A DNA stretch of 56,879 nt from an uncultured virus (IMG/VR IMGVR_UViG_3300021138_000005) (Duplodnaviria > Heunggongvirae > Uroviricota > Caudoviricetes), in the IMG/VR virus record IMGVR_UViG_3300021138_000005. The stretch is one strand, 5' to 3'. The notes beneath the pieces were generated by a model. That model had not been told where the DNA came from. It searched no databases and saw only the letters and a list, made by a program, of their open reading frames with translations. The position numbers and the translations under genes were made by a program. Shown here piece after piece: positions 50,256 to 56,879 of the stretch. The stretch's first letter is position 1. The number at the start of each line of letters is the position of its first letter.

Positions 50256-51359
50256 ATGAGCGTTTTTGACGTCGCTAACCGATCGGACCATACCAAGAGC
50301 CTAGCGTTCCTTGATCCCAACGGTGGAGTGAGCATACAGCGCTATGATACCATGAAGTACAAGACGTTGGACAAGCTCACAGAGAAACAATTATCGTTTT
50401 TCTGGTTACCTACCGAAGTTGATATCTTCAAGGATGCCAAAGACTTCAAGGACCTTACTGCGCACGAACAGCATATATTCACAAGCAACCTCAAGCGGCA
50501 GATACTGCTGGACAGCGTGCAAGGTCGCGCACCCAGCGTGGCATTTGGTCCTATCTGCAGCTTGCCAGAATTGGAAAACTGGATCACCACTTGGACGTTC
50601 AGTGAGACCATCCACAGCCGCAGCTACACTCACATCATTCGCAATGTCTACAGCAATCCCAGCAAGATCTTTGACGAGCTCATGGACATTGCTGAGATCG
50701 TGGACTGCGCAGGTGACATCAGCAAGTACTACGACGAGCTGATTGCCATGAACAACCTGCTGGCTCAGCCTGGTCCTCGACCTGGATATGATGCCTATCG
50801 CCACAAGCAGCTGATCTGGTTGTGCATGATGAGCGTGAACATTCTAGAAGGCGTGCGCTTCTATGTGAGCTTTGCCTGCAGCTGGGCTTTTGCCGAAGTC
50901 AAGAAGATGGAAGGCAATGCCAAGATCATCAAGTTCATCGCACGAGACGAGAACCTTCACTTGGCCAGCACACAGACGCTGCTGAAGATCCTACCCAAGG
51001 ATGATCCAGACTATGCCAAGATTGAAGTAGAATGCCAAGCCGAAGCAGTGAAGATGTTTGAGGATGCTGTGGATCAAGAGAAACGCTGGGCAGAATATCT
51101 GTTCAAGGATGGCAGCATGATCGGACTGAACAATCAGCTGCTGGGCGATTATGTGGAATGGATTGCTAACAAGCGCATGACTGCCGTGGGATTGCCCAGC
51201 AAGTACAAGGGAGGTTCAAATCCCCTACCTTGGACACAGAAGTGGATAGCTGGCGGCGAAGTTCAAGTGGCACCGCAGCAAACACAAATAAGTTCTTACG
51301 TCAGCGGCGGTACCAAACAAGACGTGGGCTCTGATAGTTTCAAAGGCTTCAGCTTGTGA
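50256..51359 (+). CDS. nrdB: ribonucleotide reductase class Ia beta subunit
   Basis: FFW.P.E, LDSVQ, ETIHSRSY, EGVRFY, RDENLH. Confidence 0.96.
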   Translation: MSVFDVANRSDHTKSLAFLDPNGGVSIQRYDTMKYKTLDKLTEKQLSFFWLPTEVDIFKDAKDFKDLTAHEQHIFTSNLKRQILLDSVQGRAPSVAFGPICSLPELENWITTWTFSETIHSRSYTHIIRNVYSNPSKIFDELMDIAEIVDCAGDISKYYDELIAMNNLLAQPGPRPGYDAYRHKQLIWLCMMSVNILEGVRFYVSFACSWAFAEVKKMEGNAKIIKFIARDENLHLASTQTLLKILPKDDPDYAKIEVECQAEAVKMFEDAVDQEKRWAEYLFKDGSMIGLNNQLLGDYVEWIANKRMTAVGLPSKYKGGSNPLPWTQKWIAGGEVQVAPQQTQISSYVSGGTKQDVGSDSFKGFSL

Positions 51360-52555
51360 AACTTTGGGATATACCCAATATAAAAATCGTAGCTCCGTTT
51401 GCCAAAGCAATAGGATGCGATTGGATAGAGACTGTTCCTGTGTTGCCTGATCCGAGCTGCGACGTCGATCAATGTCATGCTAATGTAGAAGCTTATATCA
51501 CCAGCTATGGTGGTACCAGAACATTGGGATATTACATGCTTGAGAGTGCATGGGGATTCCAGGCTATACTGCATTCTGTTTGGTGTTCTACAGAAGGTAA
51601 GTTAATTGACATAACACCATTTGCTGATAATCGATCATTTAATGTGTTTTCTAAACTAACGAACGGTATACAAGTTATCAGAAATCGTAACATATATTCT
51701 CAGTCTCTTGCTAAATACAACGCACAAGAGACTGAAAATATGTATTATGTTTATGCACTAATTGATCCGCGCAATGAATTACCGTTCTACATAGGCAAGG
51801 GCAAAGGTAGGAGAGCAAAAACTCATCTATGGCTTATACCAGAAACACGGAATGAGCACAAAGAAAACAAAATAGCTGCTATTCGTGCAGCTGGTATGGA
51901 GCCACGAATAGAATATCTAGCCGAAGACATAATCGACGAGTCTATGGCATATAACATGGAAGAAGATCTAATTGTTAAGTATGGTCGTAAAGGTTACGAA
52001 TCTCACGGTATATTGACTAATATTTGTTTATCTGCTAGACCGCCTAATCACAAAGGCATGAACTATGAACAGATATATGGTGCAGAACGCGCTTATACAG
52101 AAAGAAAGAAACGAGCCGATCTACAGAAGGCCAGAGGTGGATATGGGCCAAAGAAACATTCAGCTGATACTAGATCACTGTTGAAAATAATTAACGGAAA
52201 GGACAAAAATGCCAACAACAGCGGATTGTCCGAAACTGATATCATAGAACACGGACAGAGATTCTGTAATCAGTTTAGCTTTGAGATATCAGCTAAGAAA
52301 TGGGAATGGTATTGTGCAGAACATGATATTCCTACTTTGAGAAAGACATATAGATTTGATGGTAGAGATATATTTGAAGTATTCTGTGAGAAATTCAATG
52401 CCAAGAAAAAACACGACAGCATGCTTTGGTTTGTCAACAAGACTACCGGAGAGCAGATGCGCTTGTTTGATTGGGAAGTTGGAATTAAAGCTATACCAAC
52501 TGGATTTGTCAGAGGTCGAGGATATATTGAAAAATCTAAAAAACCAAAGGTGTAG
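51356..52555 (+). CDS. GIY-YIG (LEM-3-like) putative homing endonuclease with an extra N-terminal domain
   Basis: YYVYALIDPR..PFYIGKG...R..H, E..LI..YGR, LTN; NUMOD-like HS..TR and G.VRGR tail; AT-rich. Confidence 0.75.
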   Translation: MKLWDIPNIKIVAPFAKAIGCDWIETVPVLPDPSCDVDQCHANVEAYITSYGGTRTLGYYMLESAWGFQAILHSVWCSTEGKLIDITPFADNRSFNVFSKLTNGIQVIRNRNIYSQSLAKYNAQETENMYYVYALIDPRNELPFYIGKGKGRRAKTHLWLIPETRNEHKENKIAAIRAAGMEPRIEYLAEDIIDESMAYNMEEDLIVKYGRKGYESHGILTNICLSARPPNHKGMNYEQIYGAERAYTERKKRADLQKARGGYGPKKHSADTRSLLKIINGKDKNANNSGLSETDIIEHGQRFCNQFSFEISAKKWEWYCAEHDIPTLRKTYRFDGRDIFEVFCEKFNAKKKHDSMLWFVNKTTGEQMRLFDWEVGIKAIPTGFVRGRGYIEKSKKPKV

Positions 52556-52561
52556 ACTCTG

Positions 52562-53254
52562 ATGCGAGTGGCGATTGTCACACCCTATCACACTGAGGAT
52601 GCTGCGATACTGCGCAGGTGCCACGATAGCGTGATAGCTCAGACCTATTCAAACGTTCGCCACATGATGGTTAGCGATGGTAATCCTCATCCCATGGTAG
52701 ACAAGTTAGATGTGGATCACTACAAGCTACCCCAAGCTCATGCGGATGCCGGTGCAACACCCCGGGCCCTGGCAGCACTAAGTGCATTCAGCCAAGGCTA
52801 CGATGCGGTGGGATTCATTGATGCTGATTGCTATCTCAAACCCAATCATGTAGAACTCATGGTCAACATACTGCGTGAGAGCGGCGCAGATGGTGTTATA
52901 GCCACTCGCGTGATACACAGCCAAGACGATCGCGAGATGTATGTTGATCGTGTGGAAAGCAACGGCGAGAACATGGTCGATACCAACAGTTGGTTCCTCA
53001 CCAAAAAAGCACTGTCTGCTATGACCAGTTGGATAGTTGAACCCGGTCAGCGTCTGTGGAGCGATAGATACTTTGCCAAGGCAGTGATAGACAGCGGGCT
53101 TGGCATAGTGCGCAGCGATGAACCAACAGTGGTATATGTTACACGCTGGGCCTGGCATTATGAGTATGCCGGTTGGCCCGTACCAGACGGGGCTGTTTGG
53201 ATACATAATAACACTGATGGTTCATTAAGCCACGTTACACATACCAATAAATAA
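52562..53254 (+). CDS. glycosyltransferase family 2
   Basis: VAIVTPY, SV.AQTY, VSDG, FIDAD (DxD). Confidence 0.85.
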   Translation: MRVAIVTPYHTEDAAILRRCHDSVIAQTYSNVRHMMVSDGNPHPMVDKLDVDHYKLPQAHADAGATPRALAALSAFSQGYDAVGFIDADCYLKPNHVELMVNILRESGADGVIATRVIHSQDDREMYVDRVESNGENMVDTNSWFLTKKALSAMTSWIVEPGQRLWSDRYFAKAVIDSGLGIVRSDEPTVVYVTRWAWHYEYAGWPVPDGAVWIHNNTDGSLSHVTHTNK

Positions 53255-53270
53255 TCGAGGGGATATTCTA

Positions 53271-53531
53271 ATGCATGCAATCATCTATACCAAAGACAAC
53301 TGTCCATACTGCACCAGAGCCAAGGCCTTGTTTAATAAGAAGGGCATCACGTATGAAGAAAAGATCATAGCTGTGAACGGTAAAGATGGTAGGATCCTGA
53401 CTGAGAATCAAGAGTGGACCACCAGAGAGGCTCTGTTAGAAGCTGCTCCTGCTGCCAAGACTGTGCCACAGATATGGCTGGACGGACAGCACATAGGCGG
53501 ACATGACGAACTAGTGAAACATCTGGGATAA
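53271..53531 (+). CDS. glutaredoxin
   Basis: CPYC, TVPQI, IGG. Confidence 0.92.
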   Translation: MHAIIYTKDNCPYCTRAKALFNKKGITYEEKIIAVNGKDGRILTENQEWTTREALLEAAPAAKTVPQIWLDGQHIGGHDELVKHLG

Positions 53532-53535
53532 GACC

Positions 53536-54537
53536 ATGCCATACATCCAAGCACCTGAGCCACAAGCACTGGATCTCACAGACCCCGGTGTAGTGGATGT
53601 CTACAGCAGTCCCAATGTGTTCATAAATTATGTGCAAACTGCACTGTGGCTAGCGCCACAGTTGGGCAACAGCGTGCTGACCAGTCTTAACATACCTGTT
53701 CCAGCGCCAATGGCCAATTATGCTCCAAACCCAGAACAGATAAACAATTACGTGGCCAGCGCGGCTTATGCAGCTGCCAATCCTGGAACCCCAATCATCG
53801 CAGTGCAGGGCGGCACATCTCCTCCTGGTACCTCAGAAGCTCAAGCGCAAGGCAATCCGCCTGGATCAAATACCAGCGACCCCAATGACTTGGCAGGCAA
53901 TCCAGAGGTGATACCACCTAGTGTGACTCCGCCTAGCGGCGGAGGCGGTTCGTGGGGAGCATTGGAAAATTATCTCCAGCAGTGCATAGAAGAATCAAAA
54001 AGTGGCAAGTGGCACCGAACATTCCAGGAACCTGGTAATCCAAACATACTAAACTGTTATGCGCATTCTGGAGGTATAGACAATGCCAAGAAGATAGCCA
54101 GTAAACAGAAAGATGGTATTCCACCAGCTGATAAATGTCCTTGGTGTGCCGCATTTGCCAGCACCATACTTCAGGCCATTGGCGTGCCCAGTCTAAAATC
54201 ATTGTCGGCAGACGCTTACTCTGCCGAATATGCCAAAGTACCTGGAGTCCAATCCATATCATTGTCAGATCCGTCTCAATGGCGCAGAAACGATATCATA
54301 GTGATGAACATGGAAAATGGCCATCATGTTTGTTTCATACGTGGGGTTGATCTCAGCAATCAGACCATCTTGGCAGCTGGAGGCAATCAAGGCAACGACA
54401 TGAAAGAAAGCTTATTTCCTGGATATTTGCCGCGGATCAAATCAGTTAACAGAGCATGGACACTTCCACCAGAAGCTGACAAACCAATCATTGGCAAGCT
54501 GACTGCTCCTCAGGGTGGCGCACCAAAGACGCGCTGA
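53536..54537 (+). CDS. TIGR02594-like / CHAP-type peptidoglycan hydrolase (probably virion-associated)
   Basis: PWCAAF, HHVCF, GGNQ catalytic pattern after a Pro/Gly-rich linker. Confidence 0.72.
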   Translation: MPYIQAPEPQALDLTDPGVVDVYSSPNVFINYVQTALWLAPQLGNSVLTSLNIPVPAPMANYAPNPEQINNYVASAAYAAANPGTPIIAVQGGTSPPGTSEAQAQGNPPGSNTSDPNDLAGNPEVIPPSVTPPSGGGGSWGALENYLQQCIEESKSGKWHRTFQEPGNPNILNCYAHSGGIDNAKKIASKQKDGIPPADKCPWCAAFASTILQAIGVPSLKSLSADAYSAEYAKVPGVQSISLSDPSQWRRNDIIVMNMENGHHVCFIRGVDLSNQTILAAGGNQGNDMKESLFPGYLPRIKSVNRAWTLPPEADKPIIGKLTAPQGGAPKTR

Positions 54538-54539
54538 TA

Positions 54540-54568
54540 TTGCGCATCAATGCATATTATCGTACAAT
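54540..54568 (+). promoter_or_regulatory. sigma70-like promoter
   Basis: TTGCGC-N17-TACAAT. Confidence 0.55.
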
Positions 54569-54590
54569 TGAATAAAAATAGGAAACAGCA

Positions 54591-54941
54591 ATGCTCATAG
54601 AAAAATCATGGAAAGTAGACGACATCTGCACTGTCAAGATGAGCAGCGGTGAGGAACTCATCACCAAGATAGTTGCAGCTGACGATACCAGCATCACCAT
54701 GAGCAAGCCTTTATCGGTACAGATCAGTCAGGATGCACAGGGCAGAGTTGGACTACAGATGGTACCTGGATTTGCTCTCACCGTCGGGGTTGATTCTAAA
54801 CTTAAGGTTGGCTTAAACAATATCATCTTCATCGCGCCAACAGAAGAAAACATTAAGAAGAGCTATCTCGCTAATACCAGCAGCCTGGCTATACCTGGCA
54901 AGCCTGGTTTGAGCAGAGCAGGCGATGCTCTTGCGATATAA
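54591..54941 (+). CDS. hypothetical protein (small beta-barrel, Sm-like)
   Basis: KMSSGEELI.K..., I...P pattern common in T4-like phages. Confidence 0.6.
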   Translation: MLIEKSWKVDDICTVKMSSGEELITKIVAADDTSITMSKPLSVQISQDAQGRVGLQMVPGFALTVGVDSKLKVGLNNIIFIAPTEENIKKSYLANTSSLAIPGKPGLSRAGDALAI

Positions 54942-55164
54942 CACTAATTCCGAACCAAGCAAAAGCATGCAGTGGACACAAGGGCAACCCTGTAGCCACT
55001 GCGGCAAGCCCACTGAAGCCATATTACATCAGTTTCAAGGCGGTAATACACAGTGGGCATATTGGGCGCCTCTGTACCACAACGCTGAACGCAATCTGGG
55101 ATTCTGCGATGTAAAGTGCAGTTTTGAGTGGTCTAAGGTTGACTATACAAGGATTGATGCTTAA
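54925..55164 (+). CDS. small Cys-rich (Zn-binding) hypothetical protein
   Basis: CSHCGK ... FCDVKC. Confidence 0.5.
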   Translation: MLLRYNTNSEPSKSMQWTQGQPCSHCGKPTEAILHQFQGGNTQWAYWAPLYHNAERNLGFCDVKCSFEWSKVDYTRIDA

Positions 55165-55172
55165 ATAAGTTT

Positions 55173-55499
55173 GTCATTGTTGATAGCATTTGATAGGCGG
55201 ACAAGACGGGGCTTCGATGCCCCCACCTCCACCATAGATACATCTTTGACTAACGATATTTGGTTAAAGGCTGCAGAGCAGATATGAAGGTGTATCTTTG
55301 TCGGGGGTGAAAGGGATCGATTGACGTGCTGGATGATGAAGTAGATGGCAGGTTAGGCACGCCTCCGGGCAACCGGATAGTCCAAAAAACTAAATGCAGC
55401 GAAAGCAGCAAATGACAATACTCCTTTTGAAGCAATGAAAATTGCCGCCTAAGGTTTAGTGTCTGCGGTCAGGGGAGAACCGTATTACCCAATCTCCCC
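55173..55499 (+). ncRNA. ssrA: circularly permuted (two-piece) tmRNA
   Basis: Acceptor 3' end GACGGGGCTTCGATGCCCCCACCTCCACCA (ends 55234) precedes 5' end GGGGGTGAAAGGGATCGA (55303); G3-U pair; tag ORF ...ANDNTPFEAMKIAA* ending 55452; outer boundaries approximate. Confidence 0.9.
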
Positions 55500-55503
55500 A
55501 CTT

Positions 55504-56238
55504 TTACTTTTGATATTCGAAATAAAGCCTGTCACCGTTGTCCTTCTTGAAGGTAACCAGTGTTACGGCATTCTCTTTAGCAATGCGATGTGCAGACTCA
55601 AAATCCCAGGGAAATATTTCAATCCATGACCCATTCTTGTGGGTCTGTCCTGGATTGGCACGCACATAAATCTTGCCGCCTGGTGCTGTAAGCTCAAAGA
55701 CCTTGCGGAACCTAGCAGACACATCGTCATAATCACCAAAATTAATGCTACCGAACACTATCACAGCATCATAGGTCTCCGGTTCGACGTTATATTCCAA
55801 GATGTCGACCATGTAGTCGGCACTGTTGTTGAACTTGTCTATGCCCACTAGATTCTTTATGCGAGGCTTGAATTGGTTGTATCCGCAACCCACGTCAAGC
55901 ACTGCCTTGGGATTGAGCTTGTTGATCTCATCAACGATGTTCCAGCCTGTGTATTGGTAAACGTCTGTGCGAGGTTGCCAAACACCGCCGCCCCAGAATC
56001 TTGCGGCATACTTGTCGTCAATGTCAGCAGTTACGTTAGTCACAGAGCCTGATAGATCAATCTCAACGTCAAACAGATTGGCAAGGTCGTCTTTGAACTT
56101 TGCTAAACGCTTGGGTGTCCATGGTAGATCTAGAATGATCGTATCTGCTGATATACTGGTGCGTATTTGATCCCATCTCGGTAAATTAAAGGTCTCGCGC
56201 AATTTTTCCACAAGATGATTGAAAATTTTCGTGTTCAT
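55504..56238 (-). CDS. class I SAM-dependent methyltransferase with N-terminal extra (ACP-like) domain
   Basis: VLDVGCG, GID, YDAVIVFGSINF, PGG.IY. Confidence 0.8.
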   Translation of the reverse strand: MNTKIFNHLVEKLRETFNLPRWDQIRTSISADTIILDLPWTPKRLAKFKDDLANLFDVEIDLSGSVTNVTADIDDKYAARFWGGGVWQPRTDVYQYTGWNIVDEINKLNPKAVLDVGCGYNQFKPRIKNLVGIDKFNNSADYMVDILEYNVEPETYDAVIVFGSINFGDYDDVSARFRKVFELTAPGGKIYVRANPGQTHKNGSWIEIFPWDFESAHRIAKENAVTLVTFKKDNGDRLYFEYQK

Positions 56239-56307
56239 GTAATTTTTCCGTATCGGCGTTTGGTTTATATACTATATAACATAAATATCAGCATAGAGTG
56301 AAAAAAC

Positions 56308-56879
56308 ATGTCAGATAATAAAACTGAAGATTGGCAAGGCAGCAGATGGGAATTTACCAAGAACCGCAGCCGTTGGCATTTCGACACTACTCGAGCTCCA
56401 GAACCGGGCACGGACAGCTACACTAGTGTGTGTAGATTTCGCGCAGATTTCAGCGCAGCTATCGCAGAATGCATGCCGCGTGCCAAGTTAAGCAGCTGGG
56501 GTACCCGCAACAATTTCAACAAGGACATAGCTGACCAAGGACTATACAGTGCCAGCGCAGAAGAACAGGATCTGATCAGAGCTGGTGCAGATCCGGATGC
56601 TGCGGTGTTCAATAGAACAGCTGCCGAAGATATAGGCCTGTTCCAACAGATCAGCGAATGCCTTGGCATGGATGACAGCATGATCAAGTTCCATAACCAG
56701 ACCACAGGGCAGATGCTGCACACGCACATAGACAATTTCGCAGCACGTCCAGAGCGTGAGAACAGCTTCAAGGTAACTGAGATGGATGAGAATCCACAGA
56801 TCATGCGACGTTTTGCGGTCATGCTGGCTGACTGGCAGCTGGGACAGATATTCCAACTGGGCAATGCCAATTTCACAGG
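56308..56879 (+). CDS. 2OG-Fe(II) oxygenase-like protein, truncated by the window end (not in the ORF track)
   Basis: ATG 56308, open to the end: MSDNKTEDWQGSRWEF...HNQTTGQMLHTHID...RRFAVMLADWQLGQ; HxD motif; TAAATA upstream. Confidence 0.65.
   Translation, partial: MSDNKTEDWQGSRWEFTKNRSRWHFDTTRAPEPGTDSYTSVCRFRADFSAAIAECMPRAKLSSWGTRNNFNKDIADQGLYSASAEEQDLIRAGADPDAAVFNRTAAEDIGLFQQISECLGMDDSMIKFHNQTTGQMLHTHIDNFAARPERENSFKVTEMDENPQIMRRFAVMLADWQLGQIFQLGNANFT

Noticed and set aside
55250..55435. 61-aa minus-strand ORF
   Set aside because: Antisense to the tmRNA, which explains the sequence
56418..56876. Minus-strand ORFs at the window end
   Set aside because: An uninterrupted plus-strand ORF from 56308 with an upstream promoter motif and HxD motif is more credible

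Overview
The window is a gene-dense segment of a large, probably jumbo, tailed dsDNA phage distantly related to T4. It uses the standard genetic code and most genes are on the + strand. Core modules present: packaging (gp4-like head-completion nuclease, large terminase), recombination and replication (gp32 SSB, UvsX/RecA, UvsY, UvsW, gp62-like clamp-loader subunit, primase, DnaB/gp41, a miniature DnaE-like protein, a PD-(D/E)xK exonuclease), class Ia ribonucleotide reductase with glutaredoxin, and many acidic head/core and Gly/Thr-rich virion proteins. Host-like auxiliary functions include groES-groEL behind a CIRCE operator, IscA and NfuA Fe-S carriers, two twitch-type radical SAM enzymes, 2OG-Fe(II) oxygenases, a glycosyltransferase and a methyltransferase. 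Non-coding highlights are a circularly permuted (two-piece) tmRNA at about 55173-55499, an unassigned ~350-nt structured element upstream of groES, a recurrent TAAATA late-promoter motif, and several apparently leaderless genes. The permuted tmRNA and CIRCE point to a proteobacterial, most likely alphaproteobacterial, host (inference). All product calls come from motif recognition by eye; no database searches were run.
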